The position numbers were made by a program, and so were the translations under genes. Shown piece by piece: positions 1 through 13,450 of a DNA stretch of 64,000 bases. Numbering within the stretch: position 1 is the stretch's first letter; each line of letters begins with the position of its first letter. The notes beneath the pieces were generated by a model. That model saw only the letters and a list, made by a program, of their open reading frames with translations, did not search any database and was not told the origin of the DNA. Source of the DNA: the human T2T-CHM13v2.0 reference genome, Homo sapiens; NCBI RefSeq assembly GCF_009914755.1, contig NC_060942.1. One strand, written 5' to 3'.

Positions 1-382
1 GATGAACAAAAGGTGTGCTATCCATACAGTGGGATGCTGTTCAGCCATCAGAAAGGAAAGAAGTACTGCTACATGCTCCAACATGGATGAGCCTGGAAAA
101 TGTTACACTGAGCCCAATAAGCCAGACACAAAGGCCACATTTTGCGTGACTACATTTATACAAGATGTGCAGAATAGACAGTCAAATCCACAGAGACAGA
201 AGGTGGATCAGTGGCTGCCAGGACTAGGGGAAGGACTGCTAATGGTATGGGGTTTCTTTGGGGGCTGATGAAAATTTTCTGCAACTAGATAAAGGCAATA
301 GTTGTACAGTCACAGGAATACACTAAAAATTGCTGAATTGTGCACTAATGGTATGGGGAATGTATTGCCCCCTCCAAAAAAA
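1..382 (+). mobile_element. Old L1 (L1MB-like) 3' end
   Basis: Typical L1M 3'UTR text (atccatacagtggga...acatggatgagcctggaaaa...agccagacacaaaggccaca...) ending in an A-run at 376-382. Confidence 0.8.
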
Positions 383-418
383 GTAGGAGGTGCTGGACCA
401 GGTGACAAAAGTGTGGCC

Positions 419-1234
419 ATGCCCCAGACTTTTTCACTAGGGACCCTGCATGAGCCAGCAGGTGCCCAGAGAGAGCCCCCGCCCTGCCCTCGAGGCTTGG
501 CTGAGGGCTTCCTGGAGGAGGAGTTTGGCTCAATGCTGAGCTGAACCAACTGCAGTTTTTGGAGTCTGCACGCATCATTCACAATCCCGTGGAGTATTGT
601 ATAAGAGCCACATCGTAACTTTGTGACTCGCTGCTGCCAGGGCCCCAAGGAAGTGCTCTTCCTGGGCACGAACCCAGGACCTTTTAGCATGGCCCAGACA
701 TGAGTGCCCTTTGAGGAAGTGAACATGGTCTGGGACTGGCTGGGCATTGGAGGGCCTGTGCTAACCCCTCCCCAAGAGCACTGTCTTAGCTGGGACTGGG
801 GTGCTGGGACTGGCGTGCTCAGTGAGAGGTGAGTGGTGCCCGATTCTGGGGCTTTTCCAGAACCTCTGTGGAAAGCCTGAGGTCTTCTCCTTTCACTGCT
901 TTGTCCACAATCTGTGTTCTCTGCTATTCCTGGCTCCCAGAGAACACAACCTCACTCCTGCTGAGCTTCCTGCCAAGCAGCAAGAACAGCTTCTTGGGAT
1001 CTTAGTGTCCCCTCTGCCGGCAGGTGCGGCGGCTGGGGGTTCGGCTGGGGGTGGGAGTGGCCCGGCTGGGGCAGTAGTGGGCGCGAATGGCTTTGGCAGG
1101 CCTGATGCCAGAGGTCCAGGTGGAGGGGCTCCTGCATCTCTCTCCCCGTAACCCACAGGAAAACAGGGCTAATAGGCAGTGACCAAGTGAGTTGACCAAG
1201 TGAGTTGGGGCTGCTGCCGCGGCTATGGAAATGA
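419..1234 (+). pseudogene. SMUG1P1: Processed pseudogene of SMUG1 (single-strand selective monofunctional uracil-DNA glycosylase)
   Basis: Translates in pieces to [102 protein letters not shown], ending aaa TGA (1232-1234); matches SMUG1. Colinear with no intron; frameshift near 525, in-frame TGA at 701-703, further indels. Confidence 0.95.
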
Positions 1235-2240
<1,006 letters not shown>

Positions 2241-2461
2241 CTTTGCTTTCTTGCTTTCTTACCTCGGGGCTGGGGAGTCACCGCACTGTGCTATGAGGAA
2301 AGCCCCTCTCCATTCAGGAGACCCTGCTAGGGAGGAGTCTGGGCTCCCACCTGTGGCCAAAGTGAGGGGCGAATTCTTTCCCTGTCAGAGATGGACCAAT
2401 GACTTTATGACAAACCCAGCCTGTGATTTTTCTAGTCTAAGCATTAAAAGCTCCTAAACCC

Positions 2462-2776
2462 AGCCAGATCTGGTGGCTCACGCCCATAATCCCAGCACTT
2501 TAGGAGGCTGAGGTGGGTGGGTCACTTGAGGTCAGGAGTTTGAGACCAGCCTGGACAACGTGGTGAAACCTCATCTCCACTAAAAATAGGAAAATTAGCT
2601 GGGTGTGGTGGCGGGTGCCTGTAATCCCAGCTGCTCAGGAGGTTGAGGCAGGAGAATCGCTTGAACCCGGGAAGCGGAGGTTGCAGTGAGCCGAGATCAC
2701 ACCACTGTACTCCAGCCTGGGCATCAGAGTGAGACTCCATCTCAAAAATAAATAAATAAATAAATAAAAATAAAAA
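2462..2776 (+). mobile_element. AluS (Sx/Sz-like)
   Basis: Full dimer, (AAAT)n tail, degenerate TSD aaaagctcctaaaccc/aaaaacccttaaactc. Confidence 0.95.
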
Positions 2777-3399
2777 CCCTTAAACTCTTTTAAAAAATAG
2801 CTACAAAGCGCCTCCCCTGTCTCCGTGCCAACTGGGGTGAGGTGGGAGCTTAATGGATCCTGTAGATCATATACATTTGAATCTCAGGCCTAGATGAAGG
2901 CAGAGCCCTCATGAATGATCAGGGGAGATATGTTTTCTATCTAGAGCCCTGGACAAGCTAGATAAGCTATTTCATTATCTCTCATTGCAAGTGAGGAGAT
3001 TGTTTTTTCTGTCACTTTTTTCCGTAGAGTGGAAGCCTTGGAAGGTCTTGGCTGTATGCAGGATTCACAGCTTTGACGCATGCGTGCCCTAGGCCCAGGC
3101 CTCAGCTCCTGTCCCTGTTGGTGGCCATTACATCCAAAGCTTCTTAGGTATCAAGATTGGCAGCTCTCCCCTTCCACCTCCCCTGCATCCAGTGCAGCTG
3201 CCCCCACGATCTCCTACTTCTTTGGTTTCAGTTTGCTTTGCTTTCCTTTTGGCTGCAGGATTTCCCTTTCTTTAGCAAAGCTCAGTTAGTGCATTTGAAA
3301 GCCTGTTCATTACCTTTTCTCTACCACTTCTAGGTGTTTTTAGAGCAGAAAGCTTTCTATGTTTCCTAGTCTGCCACACTATCAGAAATGTAAGTCTCT

Positions 3400-3700
3400 G
3401 TGATACAATTTCTCTCTATTAAACTAGCAAAAATGTAGCAGGGGCATGTGCAAGGGTGAGGGAAGTGCTCACATTCTCCTGATGGGAATCTGAATTGCTA
3501 CTCAATTCCTGACAGTATTTTGCAATAAAAAATATGAAAAAATGATGCATGTCTTTTGTCCCAGCAATTTCCATTTCTAGGAAGTTACTCTATTAAATAA
3601 TCATGGATGTGTGCAAAGTTTCAGGTTCAGGATGTTTGTCATAGTTGTATCCAGCCTCGGCATTTCCAAAAAGTATACACTGTTTAAATATTCCAGTTGG
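3400..3700 (+). mobile_element. Old L1 (L1ME-like) fragment
   Basis: cccagcaatttccatttctaggaag...catggatgtgtgcaaag...aggatgtttgtcatag resembles L1 ORF2 end/3'UTR. Confidence 0.55.
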
Positions 3701-3942
3701 GGAAACAAAAAGGAAAAAACAAGAAGGAAGGGGAAGCACTTAGGAAAAGAAAAACTTTCTGAGAAATCTTCAGCAAATGAATGCTTACGACTCTAGGGTC
3801 AGATACATCTCTTGGCCTTCCGTAGCTATGAGGGAAACTTGGAAAATCAGAATTTTTATTTGGGTACAACTGAGGTTTTGTTAGTAAGGACGAAGGGAGG
3901 AATGGATACCATAGTGTGTATGTATGTATGCAAGTATATGGG

Positions 3943-4394
3943 TGTGTTTATTAGGGTTGTCTAGAGGGACAAAACTAATAGGATAGATGACTATATGAAG
4001 GGGAGTGTATTAAGGAGTATTGACTCACACGATCACAAGGTGAGGTCCCACAATAGGCCATCTGCAAGGCAAGGAGCAAGGAAGCCTGTCTGAATCCTAA
4101 AGCTGAAAAACCTGGAGTCCGATTTTCAAGGACAGGAAGCATCCAGCATGGGAGGAAGATGGAGGCCAGAAGACTAAACCAGTCTAGCTTTTCCATGTTC
4201 CTCTGCCTGCTTTTCTTCTGGCCACGCTGGCAGCTGATTAGATGGTACCCACCTAGATTGAGGATGTGTCTGCGTCTCCCAGTCCCCTAACTCAAATGTT
4301 AATCTCCTTTGGCAACACTCTCACAGACACACCCAGGAACAAAACTTTGCATCCTTCAATCCAGTCAAGTTGACACCCTTTATTAACCATCACA
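3943..4394 (-). mobile_element. MLT2A (HERV-L) solo LTR
   Basis: tagagggacaaaactaataggatag...caagttgacaccctttattaaccatcaca = reverse of the MLT2A tgtgatggttaa start. Confidence 0.9.
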
Positions 4395-4700
4395 GTATGT
4401 ATGTGTGTATACATGTAAATATGTATGTATGTATGTATCTATGCATCTATCTATTGATTGAGATGCTTCTAGAAGGGTAGATATCAAGTTCTTTTGATGT
4501 TTATTCCTAGTTGGAAGAATTTTAAAGGTAATTTTTACAATCTTGTTTTTGCATATTTGATATAATACAGCTGCATTATATTTATTTTTAAAATAAATAT
4601 TTTAAAATTTCAAATATTTAAAAAATACATTAAGATAATAAAATATAATAAGATAATATAAAACAGCTGTATTATATTTATTTTTAAAAAGTCACTCAAG

Positions 4701-4998
4701 AGCCTGGGTGCGGTGGCTCACACCTATAATCTTAGCACTCTGGGAGGTCAAGGTGGGTGAATTGCTTGAGTCCAGGAGTTCGAGACCAGCCTGGGCAACA
4801 TGGTGAAACCCTGTATCTCCAAAAAATACAGAAAAATTAGCTGGGTGTGGTGGTGCACACTTGTGGTCCTAGCTACTTAGGAGACTGAGGTGGGAGGATT
4901 GCTTGAGCCCAGGAAGCAGAGGTTTCAGTGAACAAAGATTGCACCACTGCACTCTAGCCTGAGTGACAGGGTGAGACTCTGTCTCAAAGAAAAAAAAT
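4701..4998 (+). mobile_element. AluJ
   Basis: Dimer with J diagnostics (gcttgagcccagga, ctgggcaacatgg). Confidence 0.9.
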
Positions 4999-5609
4999 GT
5001 CAAGAAAGGTTATAGTTGTTAAGGATGGGGTGGCACATGATGGGGGTAGGACCACAGCCAGATGTGGTGCCAGAGAGCGATGAGAAGCAGAGAACCACAA
5101 TATCTCAGGAGTGTGGGATGAGGATACAGCAACTGCCAGGGTGGGGCACTCTGAGTGTTCTCAATGGATTGTTATGTCCTTGGTTTTTAATTTGGGGAGG
5201 GGTCAAAATGTTGCCTGTTGTCTTGTATGTGCTGCCTACAACCCATTTGGAATATAGAGGGCAGAAGGGGGGACTCTGCAGCCCCTCCAGACATCCCTGC
5301 TACGAAGGTGGAATATCTTGATTGTGCGTGGATTTCGTTATCACCCAGGTAGCTGCTTGCCATTGTATCTGACTTCTCCTTTCAGCTCTTTAATTGGTTA
5401 AAATGTTCTAAGACCTCCTTCATGTTGCGTCCAGCCTCAGAAAACAGATCAGAGTTGTCCTCCCCAAGAGGAGTAGGCCACAGAGTTATTACCATGAGAG
5501 CAGCTGCTGGGTCTTGAGGATCCCGCCACAAAAGGACAAACACAATGTGTTGGGAATGTCGGAGAACCACAGTTTTCCCCCTTTACCAGGAATCATGCCG
5601 ATGATGGTG

Positions 5610-5795
5610 GCTGCCATTTATTGAATGTTTACAGTGAGTATTTTCTCATTTAGTCCTTCAAAGCACTTCACAAGATAGATTCTCATTTTATAACTAAGAA
5701 AACAAAGGCTTGGACAGGTTAAGTAACTTGTCTAAGATCACACAGCCAGGACAGTGGGAAAGGGGTGACTGCGCGATGTCTGATTTTGAGTCTAT
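5610..5795 (-). mobile_element. MIR
   Basis: catttattgaatg...aggttaagtaacttgtctaagatcacacagc. Confidence 0.75.
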
Positions 5796-5821
5796 GTTTG
5801 TGACTATTAGTTATTCTACTC

Positions 5822-5935
5822 AGGGTGACCGGCAATCCTGCTTTACTTTGGACTGTCCTGGTTCCAGCACTTGAAGTCCCATATTCTGAGACACTCCTCA
5901 GTTCCAGGCAAACCTGGACAGCTGGATTTACTTCC
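5822..5935. mobile_element. MER81-like hAT-Blackjack MITE
   Basis: agggtgacc...gactgtcctggttccagcacttgaagtccc...cctcagttccaggcaaacctggac. Confidence 0.7.
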
Positions 5936-6474
5936 TTGGCAGTGACAGTCCTCTTTCCACTGAGCGCTCAGGGGTCCGTGTGTTCTTCACACCTGGATGG
6001 TCACCTGGGTGCGGTTGAGGCTGGGTATTTTCCATAGTGGCCCCCGGGCAACAGTAGGCACATAATTGGTACCAAAGGAAAAAAAATCCTAGTGGAGTAA
6101 ATGACTAACGTCACCTACAGCAACTACTTTCAGATTATGTATTGTGAGTCAGGCACTGTTAGGTGCTGTGGGAAATAAATAAGTGAGTTTCAGCTAAATA
6201 ACTGAGTAATGTGAGTAACTGAATTGCACTCTAGTGTAGAGACTTGCACTGTTGGCGGTGTCAACAAAGATTCATGAAGGGATATTGCACCGCAGGCTTG
6301 ATGGCTTTAATAACCCACAGCAGTAACGCCACTCTGTTTCGGTAGATCCTGGAGTTGATAAGCCTAATCCCTCACACGGTCTAATTCTTCTGCCTCCCAG
6401 CAGATGTGTGAGATATTCAACGCCGCTTCACAGGCAGGGAGAGTGAGTCAGAAAGGAACACAAGCTCATGATCT

Positions 6475-6882
6475 AAAGCTGTGATTGCATAGTGGCGGCC
6501 CTCAGGCCACCTCCAGGCCACTGTTATGTTTTGTGGTCTATATAATTTTTTTAAACAAAATTGAATTGGTGACTCACACCTGTAACCCCAGTACTTTGGG
6601 AGGCTGAGCCCAGGAGTTCAAGACTAGCCTGGGCAACATGGCAAGACTTGGTCTCTACAAATAATAAAAAAAAAGTAGCCGGGTGTGATGATGCCCACCT
6701 GTGGTCCTAGCTACTTGGGAGGCCGAGGTGGAAGAATCACTTGAGCTGGGGCAGTTGAGGCTGCAGTGAGCCATGATTATGCCACTGCACTATTGCATGA
6801 CAGTATTTGAAGACTGGAAGATTTTGCATAAAAATCTGAATTTCTAGTCCCTCTCGATGAAATGGAAGATATGACAGCCCTG
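6475..6882 (-). mobile_element. MER103-like hAT MITE interrupted by an internally deleted AluJ (+, ~6569-6800)
   Basis: agattttgcataaaaatctgaatttctag...atatgacagccctg; Alu text gtgactcacacctgtaacccca...gccactgcac in the middle. Confidence 0.6.
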
Positions 6883-7488
6883 TGTTCTCAATCATGGCTG
6901 TCACTTGTGATGAGGCATTGACCCTTCAGTTTTCTCATTTCCAGGGCAGTCCTGGCCTGTGTTACCTGAGGCATCAAAACGAAGAGACCACAAGGTAAAG
7001 AAAGTATCTCCAGTGGAAGAAGACATGTGACTATAGCAGCCTCAGGGACCCCAATGGTTGTCCCATGTTCCAAAGGATCAAGAACACAGTTGTGAGGAAA
7101 AGCCACCTCTGCCAAGGCCAGAAGCAGACCCCTTTCTCCTTCAGGAATCTAGATGCTGTCCCTGACTTCTCCTTTTGCATCATCTTTGTTCTCCTCCTGT
7201 TTAGTCAAGTCATAAAACAAACTTTTGGTTTTTTCCAATTAACCATTTCCTTCAGTAAGCGGCAACGCCACTCTTACAGGTGTTCAGGCCAAACACTTTG
7301 GAGTCCTTCTTGACTCTCTTATACCCCACCTCACTGCCTGTTTCTGCCATCCTGGTGCAGACCACCATCAGCTCTTGCTTGGGACACCGTGGAAGCATCC
7401 TGATTGCTCCTCCTGCTTCCATCCTCACCCTGCTGCTGCCTATTCCCAGCGCTGCTGGGGAGGGATCCTGTCAAACCATAAGTGGGAT

Positions 7489-7787
7489 AGCCAGGCACAG
7501 CGGCTCACACCTGTAATCCCAGGGCTTTGGGACAGTGAGGAGGGAGGATCGCTTGAGCCCAGCAGTTCAAGACTGCAGTGCCCCATAATCGTGCCTGTGA
7601 ATAGTTACTGTACTCTGGCCAGGACAGCATAGCAAGACCCTGTCTATACAATTAAAAAAAAAAATTAGCTGGTGCACACCTGTAGGCTGAGGTGAGAGGA
7701 TCACTTGAGCCCAGGAGCTCGAGGTTATAGTGAGCTGTGATTGCACCACTGCATTCCAGTCTGGGCAACAGAGCAAGACCCTGTCTC

Positions 7788-7790
<3 letters not shown>
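7489..7790 (+). mobile_element. Atypical Alu-family dimer: FAM-type left monomer + AluJ/FRAM-type right arm
   Basis: Left unit retains gtgcctgtgaatagttactgtactc (7591-7615), the FAM/7SL segment absent from normal Alu left arms. Confidence 0.75.
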
Positions 7791-8377
<587 letters not shown>

Positions 8378-8605
8378 GGTATCTATCTGTATTATATATA
8401 GATATATATCTGTCTATCTATCTGACCATGCTCCTCCGATCAGCTCAAACCCTCTGCAGTTTGAGTCACTCCCTTATCCTCACTGTGGCCCCTTCCATTC
8501 TGTACCCTCATTGGGCTCCAGTCACACTGGCCCCTAGCCCTGCTCCATGGATCTCTGAATACCACAAGCATACTACTGCCTAGGGTCTTTGTAACTGCTG
8601 GAGGT

Positions 8606-9143
8606 TTCTGTTATCTAAGGCTGCATAACAGATCATCCCAAAACTTAGTGGCTTTAAACAGTAAGAATCATCTATGATCTCTCATGGTTTCTGTGGGATG
8701 GGAATTCAGGATCAGCTAGGCAGGGTGGTCCTGGCTTATGGCCTTTCATGAGGTTGCAGACAGATGTTGGCAGTAGCCAAGTCATCTGAGGCTTGGCTAG
8801 TAGGGGGCTTTACTTCTGAGGGGACCCCCTCATGTGGCTGGCAAGTTAGTGCTGGCTGTTGGCCAGAGCCCCAGTTCCTAGGCACGTGGAGCTCTCCATG
8901 GGTTTGCATTAGGATGTCTTGAGGGCATGAAGGTTGGATTTCCTCAGAGCAAAAGTGTCCAGGAAGCCAGGTGAAAGCTGTAATGCCTTTTATGACTTAG
9001 CCTCCAAGGTCACACACCATCACTCCTGATCCATTTGGTCGGTCACACAAAGCCACCCTGATTCATAGTTGGAGGTGCCACACGAGGGTGCAAATAATGG
9101 GAGGTGGGGATTGCTGGGGGCATCCTGGAGGTTGCAATCATGC
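8606..9143 (-). mobile_element. MLT1F-like MaLR LTR
   Basis: gctgcataacagatcatcccaaaacttagtggctttaaac...catgtggctggcaagttagtgctggctgttggc...ggcatcctggaggttgc. Confidence 0.75.
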
Positions 9144-9494
9144 AGGTTTCTGCCTGTGATGTCCTTCCCTCAGCAACTGCAAGGCTGACCCGTGAATCCT
9201 TAAGATTCCTGCTCTAATGTTCCTTATCAGAGAGGCCTCACAGCCTACCCCTTTTAAATAACTTCCCTACCCTCCTGACATTCCTATCCTGCTTTTCTTT
9301 TCTTCACAACACTTATACCTGCAGTGCTATTTCCTTGTTTCTTGTCTGTCTCCCTCCAGTAGATGAATCCTCAGCATTTAGACCGGTGCCTGGTACAAAG
9401 GCTGCCAATGTTTTTCACACGAATGAATAGCTTATATGCATTAAATGTTATGAATGAATGAAATCTTACCTCTTTGAACAGGCTTCATCACATG

Positions 9495-9911
9495 CTATCA
9501 AGGGCACATACTAACGACACAATTTATCACTGTTGATGTTAACCTTGATCACCTGGCGGAGGTGGAATTTGTCAGGTTTCTCCACTGTAAAGTTACTGGG
9601 TTTTTCCACTTTTCCATTCTGTATTGTTTGGAAGGAAGTCACTATGTGTAGCTCACACTTAAGGAGTGGGAATTATGAGGACTGGGAAATCTACATAATT
9701 TATTTGGAATTCTTCTGCACAGGAAATTTATCTCTTCTCCCTCATTTATTAACTTGGCAATCATTTATTTATATTAGCATGGATTCCTGGATATTTATTT
9801 TATACTTTGCATTATAATCCAATCCTACTTTATTTTGTTGTTCAAATTGTTCCAGCTTTGGTCATTGGAAGCTCTTTCAGTTGGCTTCCATGCTCCTTGG
9901 CCGTATTCCCA

Positions 9912-9966
<55 letters not shown>

Positions 9967-10115
9967 TTGTAGCACTTCCTTTATGGCACTACAAGATGCA
10001 CCAGACTCATTTTGGTGCATATTTCCTTCATTTCCTGCCCCAGGAGGCAGGAATGCCCCTAATGTTTCTAAGGAGCCTTGGTTCCTTTTATTGAGAATGG
10101 TGTTAGAAACCAAGT
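9495..10115 (-). mobile_element. L1MC/MD 3'UTR with embedded (TG)~25 at 9914-9964
   Basis: gatgttaaccttgatcacctggc...gtcaggtttctccactgtaaagttac...ggagccttggttccttttattgagaatgg. Confidence 0.8.
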
Positions 10116-10564
10116 TATGCAAATATGCTTCCAATTATTCTATGTCTCACCATTTCCTCAGGCACTGCCCTAGTCTAGGCCGTCACCTCTCTTTGTGGCA
10201 ACCTTCCAACCATCCACAAAACATACTGCCCCTACGTTTCCTCTACTTCTTTCTCCCCATCCTTTCTTCTTTTAGGCAGAGGCATCATTCTTAGTGATAA
10301 ATCGGCTCATGTCAGCCTTTCAGTGGACATCATTGTTCTCAGGATGAAGTTCTCCCGTGTATGGTGTAAAACATTCTTCTTGACCTGGGCCTGCCTACCC
10401 CTCCAGCCTTACCTGTCCCATAAACCCAGCCTGGAGGCTGAGCTCCAGCTGCACTGAACTACTTTCCTTTATTTCTGTGTCTTTACAAATGTCCATACAG
10501 AACTTTCCACTGCTGAGAAACAAGCTCTGAGCCTAATGACTGTTACCATGTTAAAATATCTTCT

Positions 10565-10904
<340 letters not shown>

Positions 10905-10917
10905 TTAAAAGCCCCCC

Positions 10918-11704
10918 TGTGATATGAAAATAAAATATTGGTCTCCCCCACCACCCAGTTCCTGGCACACAGCTCCTAAATCCCTTGGAATTTCTTGGGT
11001 GATAGGATGTCTTTTGTTCTAATGAGGCCACTCCTGATAGCTAGAGAGTTCAAGAAGGGCAGTTGACAGAGGACCAAGGCATGATTAAAGGGTGGAACTT
11101 TCAGCCCCACCCCCGACCTCCAGGGAGGGGAGAGAAGCTGCAGATAAACTTAATCACCAAAGACCAAATGATTTCGCCATCATGTCTGCAGAAAGAAACT
11201 TCCATAAACCCCCTAAAGGATGGGGTTCAGAGAGCTTTCAGGTTGGTGAATACATGGAGCTGCTGGGAGGGCCGTGTACCTGGAGAGGGCATGGAAGCCC
11301 CATGGCGCTTCCCCCATACCTTGCCCTGTGCATCTCTTCCATTTGGCTGTTGTTGAGTTGTTTCCTTTATAATAAATAGTAAATGTAATGAGGTGTTTTA
11401 ATGAGTTCTGTGAACTGTTCTAGCAAGTTCTCAGACCTGAGGAGGGGGTCATGGGTACCCCTGATTTATAGCCAGTGGGTCCAAAGAACATGCGGCAACC
11501 TGAGACTTTCAAGAGTCCCCATGTGAAGTGGGGAGTTTATAGGACTGAGCCTTTACCATGGAAGGTCTATGCTAACTCTAGTAGTTAGTGGCAGAATTGA
11601 ATTGAGTTCTAGGATACCCATTTGGTGTCAGAGAGTTGGAGAATTGGCTGAGATGGGAAAAAACTCCCATATATTTGGTATTGGAAGTGTTGAGAGAAAA
11701 AACA
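10918..11704 (+). mobile_element. MER21-family ERVL LTR
   Basis: tgtgatat...ttcctggcacacagctcctaaatcccttggaatt...ccctgtgcatctcttccatttggctgtt...tttataataaa. Confidence 0.8.
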
Positions 11705-12684
11705 ATTCACTGCTGCCCTGCCACCCCATCCATCTAGCTTGCTGTGGGCCAAACTCCATGCTCTGCTCTAGAAATGCATGTCTGTCTGTGTGCCTGCATG
11801 TCCCTGTGCACGTGTGTGTGCTGGGAGTGGGCCCGGCTGGTCTTGCCTTTTACTGCCCTGTGGTTGCATTTGCCTGCCTCCCGCCATGCAGCAAGTGTCT
11901 CATGAAGGCAGCAGACACTGCCGGTACATCTGAATAGTCCCAACACCTGGGAATGTGCTTGCAGATACTCAAGTATTTGCAGCTTAAATTATCATCCAAT
12001 TGAATAACTAAACTAAAAGATGAATAAATACGATAAGGGGTAAATGAATGGATGAATGAAGTGGTTGTATCTTTCTCCTTTGCCCTTAGGGTCAGAAGTG
12101 GTTTCCAAATGTTGAAATTTTGACCATTGAATTGAGCTGACTTGGATTCTCAATGTTGGTCGACAGTCTGGTGGCAACAGGAGTGGCCTCCCTGCACTGG
12201 TGAGCACTCACTCCCCTTTATGCAAGCATGACAGTAAGGAGGAAGGAAAGCGTGCGCAGGCACGTGGGAGGCTGCCGTAAGCTCCCAAGGGGAGGGCTTC
12301 TAGCAAAAGTGAGGTTTTCTTTGCCCTTGATGTTCTGAGAGCACCTGAAGAAGCCACACAGCCAGTCAAGCCCAGGTGCTTGTTTCTGGTCCAGTTCAAA
12401 TACGTAAGGCCTGGAGGTGCTCTGGGGAGGTGTGACTGCAAACGCTGTTGGGATTTGAATAGGCAGAAAAGAAGGTGAGAGAGGCTGGGGAGGGGATGTG
12501 GGACAACCTGTGTAGGGGCCAGGAAGGGCATGGCCTGAGGAGGGGAGAGGGCAGGAGATGGGGAACGTGACACATTGTGAAGGGTCTTGCATGCCAAGGT
12601 AAAGAGCTGAAATTGTTCCTGTAGGCCGTAGAGAACTCTTTTAAAATGGATAATCAACAAATAACTACACCTTTACTTTTTTCT

Positions 12685-13450
12685 ACAAGGTAATACATGC
12701 TAATTATAGAAATGTTGGAAAATATAGAAAAGAATAAATCCAAAAGGAATCATGAGTCAGCGTATCACCTAGAGAATGCAATGCCTTTGATGTATTTCCC
12801 TCCAGTAACTTTTGGTCACAGTCGTCGTAGTCATATGTTACACGTGCCTTATAACTTGTTTTAAAAATATCATTAATATGTTATGAGCATTTGTTCATGA
12901 AGCCATCTTTTGAAACCTGATTTTTAATGGACGCACAGTAATTCATCTTTATAGCCAGCCCTTCATGTCTGTGGGTTCTGCATCTGAGAATTAAACTAAA
13001 CTTGGATCAAAAGTATTTGAAAAAGTAAAAATAACAATACAACAATAAAAATAATATAAATTTAAAAATATAGTATAGCAATTATTTTCATAGCATTTAC
13101 ATTGTATTAGATATTATAAGCAATCTAGAGATGGTTTAGAGTCTAGGGGAGGATGTTTGTAGGTTATATGCAAATACTATGCCATTTTATATTAGGGACT
13201 TGAGCATCCCAGATTTTGGTATCCTCAGGGATCCTGGAACAAATCTCTCTGTGAATACTGAGGGAAGACTGTAATGTACTTAATCAATTCTTTATTAATG
13301 GTTATCTGATTATTTTAAATTTTTCAGGGTATGTGAAGGCTCGATGGCATTCTTGTATATACATAGTTACATGTACCTCGGATTATTTCTTAATAAATTT
13401 ATAGAAGCAGAATTACTAGGTCAAAGGTTCTGCAGATTTCAAAGGCCTTT
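12685..13450 (-). mobile_element. Old L1ME 3' fragment flanking Tigger3a
   Basis: ggtaatacatgc...ttggaaaatatagaaaag...gaagcagaattactaggtcaaagg. Confidence 0.55.
12952..13271 (+). mobile_element. Tigger3a (MER7A) DNA transposon MITE
   Basis: catagcatttacattgtattag...aggttatatgcaaatactatgccattttata...tactgagggaagactg flanked by TA. Confidence 0.9.

Noticed and set aside
801-1151. 116-aa ORF as a truncated functional SMUG1
   Set aside because: GTG start, lacks the catalytic Asn motif and frameshifts before the His motif
2830-3397. Apparently unique block after the retrocopy
   Set aside because: Its end (gtctgccacactatcagaaatgtaagtc) resembles an antisense old L1M 5' end; too degenerate to call either way
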